In this document: piece by piece, positions 1-11,937 of the stretch | Layout of the letters: each line of letters starts with the position of its first letter | Position numbering within the stretch: position 1 is the first letter of the stretch | Assembly: GCF_001194135.2 (NCBI RefSeq) | Contig: NC_068982.1 | Location: 38,317,687-38,381,686 of the forward strand | Length of the DNA: 64,000 nt | Direction: 5' to 3' | Source of the DNA: Octopus bimaculoides | Lineage: Eukaryota | The notes under the pieces: model-generated | The model's database searches: none | Told to the model about the DNA's origin: nothing | Seen by the model: the letters and a program-made list of their open reading frames with translations, nothing else | Made by a program: the position numbers and the translations under genes

Positions 1-994
1 ATAATTTGTAATTGTAAAACCTTGTAGAAGAGATCTGCCAGCTGATTTTAACAAATTATTTCAGAAAATCAGGCTTTCAGTCAGCAGACTGTTGTGTAGT
101 TGGGCTTAGATTTGAAACCGTGTTAGCTCAGTAATGAGAAATAGTCACACCATATGTGATTTGCCCTAGATTCTGACCAATGGTATTTCAGCTGCAATCG
201 TACGATCGCTGGAATTTTCCAGTAAAAAAGGCTATAAATTGAGATGCGCACCACAATAAACCAACGAGGGACAGAGGTAAACACAATAAAGGTCCACGAA
301 AAGATAGGTTTCTTAGTCGCTGCTCGGTGCAAAGTTAAAAGGGATTGTTTGATTACAATGGACGCAGGATTTTCTCGCTTCTCACAACACGAAGATATTG
401 CTGTCCTTTACTAGTTAGCATTCCAACAAAACTCACAACTGGTAATCAGCAATACTGTCTACGCCAAGTGACTATTGTAATTATTAATGTTTATATATAA
501 ATAAATTATTTCCTCGAAAACGTCAATGGACTTGGTTTTAATATGGGAAAAAACATGCAGCCTAAATCAGTCTACCAATTATTCAACACCCTTTCAATCA
601 AGCTTCCGCAGTAGTTTGTAAAAAAGATCTTTGACTGAGTGGAAAATTTGTCCTGCCCCTATATAATTTGTAATATGTAGTATTTCAGCGGCTGATTTGT
701 GGACGTCCTTGAATTCAAGTGCCGAGGTATATACTGTGCGTACTGATTTCAACATAAGGTATTCTGTACCGAATTCGTCTCTCAGCCGCGCCCATATGTC
801 TTTGTATCTTCCAGTCTTCGCGTTCTCTCTATCATGATATAATTTATGTTACTGAGAACATCATTCAATTGTAATAGCTACTCTGTATGTTTTGCAAATG
901 CCCATGACACCAAATTAAGTTACTTCACCAATTCCTGAGAAAATCTTATCTTCTTTACTGTGACTGTCTACATTTTCAGCAGTAGAAACTGACT

Positions 995-1457
995 GTGTAG
1001 CTCCATTCCGTCAGCTGAGGATTCATAATTGAAACAGGCAGATTGACTCGCCATTTTGGAGAGTTCGTCCACACATGCGCAGGGACATGTCTTCCGGAAG
1101 GTATGCAGGAAGTCCCTTATGCGCATGCGTGGTCATCCTATATCCAAACGTTCCCGCCTTTTTTCGACCTCTTAGCGCTGCACATTTGAGGACACCATAC
1201 GCTACTAAGAGCCGCTCCGTCAACTCTACCTTGAGTCAACACAGTCTACCACGGAGACAGTGGAGAATGACTTAACCATCCAGCAACTACACCGACGCCG
1301 TCTTCACACCAACCATAAAGGGCGACCTGGCAAAGCCGTTACCTCGAGATGTAAAGCTGAGCACCTCGTAATAAATATTTGTTTTGCTGTTATTCAATTC
1401 ATTCAGCGTTTTCGTTTCTTTATTGAAGAAAATTGATTGTACGGGATAGGGTTACCC
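995..1457 (+). mobile_element. Putative solo-LTR-like segment
   Basis: Locally GC-richer block starting TG and ending GGTTACCCA, with promoter-type motifs (1050-1145) and AATAAA near 1371. No matching TSD found. Confidence 0.3.
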
Positions 1458-1463
1458 AAGGAT

Positions 1464-1604
1464 GAAAAATATGTATCCTTTTGATAAAAAAAAAAATGTC
1501 TCTAGCTTCTATTCAGAATTGCAATGTTGTAATCATTTAGGTCAAGGCTGATAGGGAATTAAAGAATTCTATGTTTTATTTTAGTCATGACAATAGTGAG
1601 CCCC
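1464..1604 (+). repeat. Copy 1 of a ~140-bp near-identical direct repeat
   Basis: ATGTATCCTTTTGATAAAA...CATGACAATAGTGAG recurs at 2825-2963 with only a few differences. Confidence 0.95.
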
Positions 1605-2824
1605 TATCACCTACATTAGAATCAATCTAGATCACATTGGGTTATGGTTTCTAAGAGTTCATTGTGAAAATCAGGAGTGAAGTATTGTAGTTCGAACTCA
1701 GAAACATCATTTTGTGTGAATGGCTTATTACACTCAAACAGTCTCTGCTTTTCAGAAACTTCTATCTTTGATATACAGATGTTTGCGTTAAGTGTGTGCC
1801 TTGGCATCATTAAACATATACATCCGCCCACTAATTTTGTTAGAAAGTGACTTGCTTTTCATTACTTGCTATGGACAGAAATGGATCATCTTCAGCTACA
1901 TTTAAAGAAGAAATTTGTTTTATTTTCAAAAATGTTTTATGAACATCACTCTAGATATGATTTTCAACAACTTCTTTTCCATATTCTGTTCCATTCTATT
2001 CTATTTTTTCTTCCGCGCAGGCAATCGCTTCTGACAACTTTTACGCCCTGCTGCACAGTTAATGTCAATGCATAGTCTACACTCTACTTTCGTCCGAGAC
2101 GTTTTCTTTGTGACTGGCAGAAATATCTCTATATTAATTTTTCAGCTACATCTTGCTCTTTGGCTCTCAGATATGTCATTAAATGGGTGCTCTGTATTTG
2201 ATTTCATCAGAGCTGTTTCTATGCACACGGTTGAGTTCTTGGCTACTTAATGAACCAGATTAATTTCTGCATCTGACTGCAGGAGGGAATGTAGGAATAT
2301 GCTACTCCTCTTAAAAATGCTTCTCTTTTCTTTCTTTATAGAACAATGGTCAGGGTCATGTGAATCCCTCTTTGATAGCATTTGTCCAAGTCTTTAATAA
2401 AAAAGAAAAACAAGTACTAGAAGCTAAAGTATTAGGTTTCTTTTCTTTTCTTTTCTTTTCTTTTTTGATTCTTTTCAGATTAAATTTCACTCGGAATACC
2501 CAGTGTGTCATAGAAAATTCAATAATCATAGGGCTCAGAAAATATATAGTTTCTAGTGAAAGGAATGAAAAATGCAGTTGTATTGGTAATGGCACAACGT
2601 CCAAATGAATTTTTGTCCGCTTTGAAAACGGGAAGCAGAAACAAATGGAGAAGGCAGTAATAGATGTTCCATCTAAAGAACCATTTGCACTTCCATGTAC
2701 ATTTGCAGAAACTGAGAGTAATACGGAATCAAAATACTGAAGGTGATGGATCATCACATCCGACAGATTCTTCAGAAATAGACAGCGAAGCGACATAGTG
2801 TAAGCCAAACCTAATCATATCAGA

Positions 2825-2963
2825 GAAAAAATGTATCCTTTTGATAAAAAAAAAATGCCTCTAGCTTCTATTCAGAATTGCAATGTTGTAATCATTTAGG
2901 TCAAGGCTGAGAGGGAATTAAAGAATTCTATGTTTTATTTTAGTCATGACAATAGTGAGTCCC
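2825..2963 (+). repeat. Copy 2 of the ~140-bp direct repeat
   Basis: Matches 1464-1604. Confidence 0.95.
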
Positions 2964-4399
2964 ATTTTAGAATTTGACTCCTGTACAATACATAGAAGGG
3001 TTTAGTTTGTTGCTTTATTTATTGTAATAGGTGTCCAGACAATGTGGCAAATTTTCTAGGATGGTTTAAATTATTAGGGAGAAAAGCAGAGAAAAAAATG
3101 AAAACTCATAAACAAAGTCCAAGCCACAACGATTTAATGTTGAAGCTCAATCTTCTTCGCAGGGAATCTTCTCATGTTGACAAAAAGTTGAGAAATCGTG
3201 TACATAAAAACTGGTCTAAAATATTACACCGTTTTATGGTCGTAGCAATCTTTCTCGTTGAGCTAGGCTCGGTATTTAGCGTGAGTTGGGTGATTATAGT
3301 ATTGAAACCCAGTGAAATATATTTTTTTAATAATCATTGAACTTATTACACAATTTGATCTATTTCTGAATGGTCGGCTTAAAAAATTTTGGCAATCCTA
3401 GAAATGTCAAGCAGTTATATAAATCACCAACCCCGCAAAAAAGTGCACTATAGATGGTAAAATATGTTTAAAATTCTATTGTGGCAAAATTTAAAACTTC
3501 TAAGTGCTTCGCGTTTTCTATAGATCCAATACTAGATCTGGCTCGTGTTGATCACCAAACAATACTAGAATGATATATTGTTTCTGGAAAACAAGTAGAT
3601 AGATTTTAAATTTTTCCGCAGACTGAATCGGAAAAGGATACTTCTCTGCAAGAACCTTTAGAAAAAAAGGTATTAATTTTGAAGACTGACGGCAATATGT
3701 CCGGTTACCTTACAAGAATGCAAACCTGAGTTAGGAACAAGAATTCAGTAATTCCCTGTATTATTCATAAAATCTTACTGAATATGCTACTGCCTCTTGC
3801 AATGTTGAAACTGTTTGTTATTTAGGTTTTATATAAAGATTATACACCATTTTTCTTGTATCAACACTCAGGTAAGAAAATCTAATGATGTTTTCGGAAG
3901 TAAACAGAACACTAACAATAAAAGTCTTGGATATAGAAAGCTTTTGCCTATGTACGACTTGAACATTTGGGTAAAGTGGTTGAGGCAGCATTTACATTGA
4001 GATTCTCTTTTAGACTCTCAGTTAAGTACAATTTTTGTAGATTCAAGTTGAAAAAATCACATGGCGTAAATCTTCAACAGTATTGTTGTGAGTTGTAAAG
4101 GCGTTATCACATTTTTTATGCAAGGGTGTTATCACATTTTCTTCGTGACAGGTTTTATAGCATATCAAGATGAAGCACATTGAATGAAGATTAAACCAAA
4201 TCATTGATAGTCTCTGGTGACTAATTTTTATACTCCAGAAAAATGTTGTTAAATTAGATAGAGCATAACTAAAATTATTGGTTAGTGCATCGTAAAAATA
4301 CTCAAAATTAAAAATATATCGATATTTATTAATATATCAAAACTTTGCTGGTCGGTCTGTAAGAAACAATTTAGTTAAGTACATTAATATCTATTGAGT

Positions 4400-4628
4400 A
4401 CAACTTATATACCTTTGTCCAACCAGTCACCATGATTGACCGCTAAATCTACAAGTTTTTCTTAATCCTCTTTTTATTCCCTCTGTTTATTTCCTCATGT
4501 TCCTTTCTGTTGAAGAGCGTAGGCTCCAAACGTAAAAGACTTTCTCACCTTCCCGAGCGTCAAACTAATACACCTGCTTGTTGTTTATACACCTATCTTC
4601 GTCTTTTGTTTTTCTGTGAATTTAAACT
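4400..4628 (+). mobile_element. Penelope-like terminal (pLTR) fragment
   Basis: Homologous to 30720-30900 (minus), carries a hammerhead-like motif, ends at a (TA)n tract. Confidence 0.6.
4503..4538 (+). ncRNA. Degenerate minimal hammerhead ribozyme motif (G12 changed to C)
   Basis: cttt-CTGTTGAA-GAGC gtag GCTC-CAAAC-GTA-aaag: stems I and II pair, GAAA is mutated to CAAA. Confidence 0.5.
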
Positions 4629-5272
4629 ATATATATATATATATATATAGTGCATAGATGGGATAACACACCCAGGCGGGTACCACTCAAGCAGTCTATT
4701 ATAATCCTAGTTACGGCTAACCACATCGAATGATAAGGAATATTCGTGGTAAACAATCACAATGTACTTCATCCGATGGGTAAATTCTGGGCTCGTTTCA
4801 GTGGATTATAAATAGTTTACAGAGTGTATATCCAAGACGATTCGATGAATAAGGAGAATAATATATCAACACATTTTTTTATTATTACAGTCAATTATAC
4901 TGTATATTTAGTTTAAATCTGCCCCACATATGTTTCTGCTGCATGGATATTTCGCAATGCAGTTTTCATTTGCATCCAGCTTGTTCATCTGGGGAAGAGT
5001 CTATGCAGCTTTAATCGAGGTATTGCACATTGTGGTGGTTTGAAGCAAAGTAAAAGTATATTGGTTTAGGTGGTATTATATTTGGTAGAGGACGGTAATT
5101 TTTTTTTAGTGCAAAGAATTAAAGAGGAACATTTAGAAACCGGACAGCTATAAAAACGGTTACTAGGATGGCCTTATGATGATCCTAAGGTTTAAACTAC
5201 ATATAATGTATAATTGACTGTAATAAAAAGAAATATGTAGATGTATTATTCTCCTTATTCATTGAATTGTCT

Positions 5273-5304
<32 letters not shown>

Positions 5305-5714
5305 TGCATGTATGCATGCATGTATTAGTATGACCCCAAATACAGTGTATCTATCAAGTAAAAATTTGAGTTGTTCGAGCTGAAAACCTACTTTCAAGAC
5401 ATTCTAACCGTTGCATTAAAATATCGATCTACACTGATGTCTAACAAAACTGAAATATGTCCGGAGTTGTAGTCATATAGCCAAAGATCAAATTGTCTCT
5501 CCACTGCATTCTACTTTTAATTAATTCTAATTAATATAAATTTGGGATTATCTCTCTCGTCTTAATGAAGACTAAACCAAATCATTGATAGTTTCTGACA
5601 ATGATTTAGTTTAGAAGTCTTCATTAAGTTAATGAGTATTTTTCTATTCACTAGGGATATAATTTTATTTGGTTAAAATCTATTCTCACGCACATTACGA
5701 ATACTAGCACGTTA

Positions 5715-6620
5715 CAGTAATCCCTCGACAATCGGGTTTGTCAGTAGAGGCAGCTTCTCCATGCAGAGATACACTCTTAAGGTTGAACCTCCTTTGAAAT
5801 TTATCAAACCAGCCCTTGCTGGCATTAAATTCGGTTGGTTTGGTGGGAGATGCCGTAGATGGTCCTGATTCAGGGTCGTCTGGGTCGTCGTCATCGCCAT
5901 ACGCAAACTTGTCGTACAGTTGCCTGGCCTTCTCACGGATGGTGTTGGTATCCAAAGCAATGTTTTTCTTCCTGCAGTCACTGAGCCAAAGGGCTAATGC
6001 ACACTCCATCCTTACGACGGCCTTATTGCGGGAAGTTACCGCCCTTTTCGCTGTCTTGTTAAAAATCACTTTTACCGTCACCTTTATATTTTTACGTCCT
6101 TCTTGATGTAGCGAACGGTAGATTCATTGATGCCGTAATGGCAGCCTACATCCACATACCTTCTCCTTTCCTTAAGCACCTCGAGGAGTCTCACCTCTGC
6201 TATAGTAAGCATCTTCCTCTGGCGCTTGGGTTCACTGCCAGAAGCCTTAGAAGGTGTAGAACTCTTGGGCGACATCGTAGGGCTTGAAATAAATTCAATC
6301 TTACACACAAATGCAAAACAATACTACACACTCGCTTCCCGAGTTTCGTTTTCCATACAGTATATGTAATTCTTTGTTTACTCATCTACGGTATACTACG
6401 CTATACTGGATTTTTATGTAGTAAATTATTAATTTTTAGGCGTGAAAATGCTTATTTTACCACAGAAATAATTAAAATCTAAAAATATAACTACCTATCG
6501 ACCGCAGAAACCCGCGATATACTGAGGAGTCCGCGAAATAAATTTACATATATTAACCAGAACAATTCCCGATGTACTGAGGGCGCGCTAGGTGAACTGC
6601 GATGTGGCAAGTGATTACTG
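5715..6620 (-). mobile_element. Tigger/pogo DNA transposon, internally deleted (N-terminal DNA-binding region only)
   Basis: TIRs CAGTAATCCCTCG / GTGATTACTG with TA on both sides. Frameshifted ORFs KRQRKMLTIAE...YGINESTVRYIK and ...FNASKGWFDKFQRRFNLKSVSLHGEAAS are TIGD1/Tigger-type HTH regions. The DDE domain is absent. Confidence 0.9.
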
Positions 6621-6683
6621 TATATTCAAGAATAGTTAGGCGCTGCATTCTCACTTTTCTAAATCAAACCGTAGTGATGACGT

Positions 6684-7110
6684 GCCCTAATGATTAAGGC
6701 ATTCGGTTGGCGATCATAAAGTCACGGGTTCAATATCTGGACCGGGCGGTGTGTTGTGTCACTTTGTTCCAGTCTACTCAACTGTAATGTTTATCAACCG
6801 GATACTGGTCCAGTCCTCTATCTCGATATTCCTCTGGGTCAAGAGTGAGACAGCATAGAGAGTGTCTATGTCAGCTTATGAGTACATAAACACCTAAAGC
6901 AAGTAGCGAAAGCGTGGCATATATTACGAAACCATACTCGCTCGTGAGTGACAGCTAACTGTAGTTGTACATTAAGTTATCGTCGTATACACTGCTGTTC
7001 CAAATCTTGTCCTTCTGTCACCAGAAAATAACTGTGTCTATTTGCTTGCAGTAAACTAAATCCTTACTGTCAAAACCTGCTAAACTTAAATAAACGATGA
7101 CAGTGTAGCT
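6684..7110 (+). mobile_element. tRNA-derived SINE (family D), degenerate
   Basis: A/B-box-like head (..CTAATGATTAAGG..GGTTCAATATC) and a central domain shared with 37251, 38014 and 50621. Confidence 0.6.
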
Positions 7111-7540
7111 AGAGAGTTAAAGGATATAAATTACAGAGATAATTTACTTACAATAAAATTTTCCTGATCAAAATTGATTATCTCTCTGGAAACAGAATAA
7201 CATAAGACAGTAAGAACATAGGATGCGTCTTACATAAGAGATAAAGAATTGAACATAGTAAATATAATGATGTTTTGTAGTAAGTGCTTTATCTAAAATC
7301 TCTTCTTCTACAACTTTTTTGAGAAAATATAGAGAAAAACTTTTGTTAATAGCATTGTAGGGAACATGTCTTCTTAATCAAATGTATACGTTATTAAATT
7401 ATATTTCATTTTTCAACAAGAATTTGTGATTTCAAAATATATAATTTTGAAAATGAAACAATATTTTTGACAGTCAAATAAAATATCTGTTTATCAAATT
7501 ATCTGTTTTAAAAGAAAGCACTTCTTAGTTCTCATGATAA

Positions 7541-7544
<4 letters not shown>

Positions 7545-7619
<75 letters not shown>
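7545..7619. repeat. (CA)n microsatellite
   Basis: Direct reading. Confidence 0.98.
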
Positions 7620-7849
7620 AAGAAATAAAAAAAAAGGAGAACAGTAGTGAGTTAATGTGCCTATCGCGAGAAGAATCTGTTTTTATTTAAGTTATGAATG
7701 TGTTGTTTTATTTTTGTCATGAACATTTTCAGCCAGCACAACTATTATCATAATCAAAATACAAGGAGAATGATTTGAGTATTTCGTTTCAGATAGACGA
7801 CATTTTCACGTTAATAAATTACAGCTTCACTCTGGGATTCATCATCAGT

Positions 7850-8690
7850 GATGTTTCTGGGGTTGTAGGGAACCAACCGAGGTTGCTCAAGTCGCAGCTT
7901 GCATTCTTGTAGCAGGAAATTGTCGGTTTACTTTCTTTGTTCACCAAGCTCAGACAGAATCAACGCACCAGAAAACCGGCAGCCTACTTCAGTTACCTCA
8001 AAGTATCCCCCAGCCTTGATATCTGCATTACTCTACCAGCACCTGGTATTTAGCAAGCTTTCCTTCATGAGCCTCATCCATGTTTTCTTTTCAAAGTACA
8101 GTCAGTTTTCACTCGATTACCTGTTGGAATTTCGAAAGATAACTATGTATGGGCGGAATGCCATGTGTTTTGATATGGTCTACTCTAAGAACTTTAACTG
8201 CTTAACGAGATTCACTCTCAGCTGCTAGTCTGACGTTGTGGAAAGCAGACTGAGTCGTTCATGTTTCAGTGAACTGGGCTTCTTTCGAGCATTGAGAAAA
8301 GTGATGGCTTCCTTCCAAGAGTGATATTTGCCTGACTTAGTGGATGTTTTTATCACGCCCGCAACTTGAAGACCTGGTCATGTCATCAGCGATAGCGACC
8401 ATCAGTTAAGGTTCTGGGAGTAATTGCTGAGTGGTGTGAAGAGAGCCTTCTTCCGTATAGCACGGACAGGAAAATGCTTCATTCTTGCTTTTTGTGCGAA
8501 GGTTTGTTGGATTTGGTAAAGTGTCACGAAATCCGATGCACTGGATGTCAGATCGCTAGAGTTACAACCATGTGATATTTCGCTGCTGTATGTTAACCCA
8601 CCTTGTCCAGATTACTTGCTGGAGGATATCCAGCACCCGTCCTGCTATCTTGTGCTTCTTCTACGTACGAACGGACTTCTTCACAAAATT
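7850..8690 (-). mobile_element. HERO-like non-LTR retrotransposon 3' fragment (CCHC-like + restriction-like endonuclease), pseudogenised
   Basis: Minus-strand translation with stops/frameshifts: DTLPNPTNL..SCPC, LTDGRYR**HDQVF, ENMDEAHEGKLAKYQVLVE*CRYQGW..EVGCRF. Confidence 0.8.
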
Positions 8691-11189
8691 AAAGCTAAAT
8701 GCAAAATATCTTTTTTAAAGCAGCCCTAAACAGGCACGTCGTCCACTTTAACTGTTTAGCAAGAAATGTAGACAAATGCCACAAAGTTTGGAGAAGGGTA
8801 TAATCAGGTCTTATGGACTACAGTACTGTCTTGTACTTATTTTGTCAGTCCCCGAATGAAAAATGAAGTCGACCTAAACAGGATTTGTATTCAACACCTA
8901 AAGACATATTCGGCTGAAAATCCCAAACCAACAGCACGTTACATATTAAAGCGAGGAAACTTTAAAAGAAAGAGATCCGAATAGAAGTTCAAGAAGTTGG
9001 AGCTGGACATTGGGACAACAAGAAATCATATAAGACTTTCAGTTCGAATGAAAAATTATGGTAGTGTGTGCTTGTGTTCTATAATTCAGTAAGTTGCTGG
9101 GACTAACGTTGAAGACCATGTCACCGAGTAGTATATTCAAGATAGATCATACTGACTATAATCACTGGAGGACTTGCAAGTTGACGGTCACGTGTGAGCT
9201 TTTTCTTTCTCTACCCCATCTTTATAGCTCTGACATAATTATAGTACCGTTGATAAATGGCGAACTGACAATCTCTCAGTTTATTGCCTGATTATTCAAA
9301 GATTTACAACTCAGTCATTCGTCTTCACTCACTAGACGAATGTAACTAAAGAAATAATCTAATACAGATAACTTGACAGATTAAATGTATGACGAAAAAC
9401 ATCAAAAGAAGATGCCGCAATGTAGTTCAGCTAATATCGATTCAAATGATACAGTAAGATACCGTGTTCTTAGAAAAAATATAGTAATTTACTCTACAGC
9501 GGTCAAGTAATATTGCTATCATGTAAAACTACTGCCAATGCGAGAGCTTAAATCCAAACTAATGATGTGACCTTCATGTGGTAGCTTGACCTGCCAGAAA
9601 CAGTAGCCAAATTTTAGTGAAATTCCACCTTATCGTCTTGAAAAAGGAAGCACACATTAGATGGCACAATCCTGGATACGCTATGCTCAAAGAAAAAAAA
9701 TAATGGGTTGGTCACACCAGGTTCGCCGATTGAATGAAGAAATGAAGTGATTACATTCTTAGAAGCTGCCTCCCAGAAGTTCCACAGGTTGATAACTAGA
9801 TATTGAAGTAGCACTCTGCCTGTCAAATTAAAACGTAGTTATGGAATAGAAACCAGACGTGTTTTCTGTACAGATGAAAATTCTAACTTTTCAACATAAC
9901 TACAATAAAAACAAAAACAAAATTAAAAATAAATATGCATACACACATGATTTTATTATCTTGGACTTCAAGAGCCTGGATATACTTTTCCATCATCTGT
10001 AAATGAATTATATACCAATTAAGAGACAAAATTTATACGGAAGATACATTTAAATAAATGCATATGCAGCTGTATGCATAATTTCGATTCTCTCGCTTTC
10101 ATAATGGACTAATTTAAAAAAATAAATGCAGAATTCTGCTGCATGATTTACGATTTTTAAAATTGAAATAAAAACTCCTCAATTATGGTCGCTAAGTAGT
10201 GTTAATATATTTAATGCAACAAGCATTAAAAAGCAAATTAGAGAAGAAAAAATAACGATATTAGCCAACAGCTAACATTATTTTTTATTTCATCGACAAG
10301 TATGGTAGACAATTCTGGTCATTTTTCAATTTTATTCTAATCTCAACAGCGAAACTGAGAGAAACACTAAGTATGGATTACTGTGTATTTGTTGATATGG
10401 GAATATATATTTCGGAGATGTACTAAACATGCAAGTAATATGATCTGAGACTGTGTGGTGAAACTAAAATGATGGTTGTATGGAAGACACATATTAGCCG
10501 TGCAAAAATACATAAAAGCTATTAATTTCACTTAAAAATTTATTTGTTATTTGGAGCCAGCATTTTCGTCACATGAACTGCGGCCTGGTCACAGGCAGGA
10601 ATATATAATTGTTTATAAACTAGGAAAGTAAATGCTTTTCTTTTTTATCTTTTAATCAGGTGGGGGTGAAAGCATTGCCCATGACCTTTACAACGCCTCC
10701 AAGATTTATGGGCAGAATGGAAAGAAAACTTGCAGTAGAGCAGACCCCATGAAAGGTACTGATGGTGCAAGATGGCGGTGCTGAATCAGAACAATAAGAA
10801 CCGGAACAAAAGCTACAAGGCATTTAGTCTTACTACATTGTTATTGTTTTATCAATCAACTGCCCTGAATCGATACTTTTCATATCGACCCCAAAAGAAT
10901 GAAAGGTAAAGTTGATTCGGTGGGTTTTGAATCCAAAGCACTGACAGTCGGAACATATACCTCGAGATCTTCTTTCTTCTCTATGAGTAAAACAAGAGTA
11001 TGTTTTCATTTCCCTGACAACTACAGGAACAACCAGGGACACGTTTCAGTTTCATTTCCCTCCTCGTCAACGAAAGCCTTCAAAACATTACTGAAGTAGT
11101 GACGGAAAGGATCAGGAAGTAAATCCCAGCATACCCTTGAACGGGATGCCGGTCCGTTGCAGGGCTCAAGCCAACAATTTTAAGGGACG

Positions 11190-11356
11190 AGGGCAAGTCG
11201 ATTACTTCGATCCCAGCACTTTAGTTTCTCAAACTCGAAGGGATGAAAGGTAAAGTTGACCTCGGCGGCAGTTGAGCTCAGAACGTAAAGACCCAGAAGA
11301 AATGCCACTAAACATTTTAAGTGACGTGCTAACAATTCTGCCAGATCGCCGCCTCT
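11190..11356 (-). mobile_element. SINE family A, degenerate
   Basis: Reverse complement of AGGCGGCGAGCTGGCAGAA...CTTTCATCCTTTCGG consensus seen at 42255 and 53012. Confidence 0.75.
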
Positions 11357-11937
11357 ATTTAATATCTAATTAACTCTAGTTTTAAGCAATTAAAGTTGCT
11401 TCTCAAAGGATTGTCTTTTTCTTTAGAGCCTGAAAAGGCCTCTGCACAGAACGCAATGTACAAGTGAACCGCACATGACAGAAATCTTCTCGTGCCTGGT
11501 TGCTATTTAAGGTCATCAGAGTTTGTCAGGAAAAGCATTTGTAACGGTTTCGAAGGATTTATTTGTACGTTCTTTACTAATTATGAAATCATAGTGTTGT
11601 AGATGTTTCCTCGTTATGTATAGTAATTGCTTATTGGTGTTTTTGAAGGAAATTGGCTTGCTATATTCAATTTGCAAGGTATTTTCAATGCTTCCGTGTA
11701 TGTCTTAGGTGAGGAATGAAATGTGATCTAGAAGAGAGAAATACGTAGAGAGTGGAGAAATCACATAACTGTAGAAATGTTTGCTGATAAATAACATTGT
11801 ATAACAAAAAAAAAAAAAAACGGAAATGAGAATAACCTTTTCTAGGAATATTTTGTATGCAGATCCCGAATATAACACTCATTTCTTTCTATGGCCCTCC
11901 AGTTTCTCGTAAATTACAATTTTACTTACATTAAATT

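Noticed and set aside
1-990. Possible BEL/Pao gag-like remnant on the minus strand (RYKDIWARLRDEFG; KSCVHCNQ)
   Set aside because: Only two short, weak motifs in broken frames, and the orientation conflicts with the adjacent LTR-like block. Needs tBLASTn.
4183-5597. 34-bp repeat AATGAAGA(T/C)TAAACCAAATCATTGATAGT(C/T)TCTG at 4183 and 5564
   Set aside because: Real, but only two copies in AT-rich DNA with no array, spacers or boundaries. Probably fragments of an old dispersed repeat, and not CRISPR-like.
10659-10760. Plus-strand exon-like segment (acceptor ..TTTAATCAG, open frame GGESIAHDLY.., donor AAG|GTACT)
   Set aside because: No recognisable protein similarity and no partner exons.
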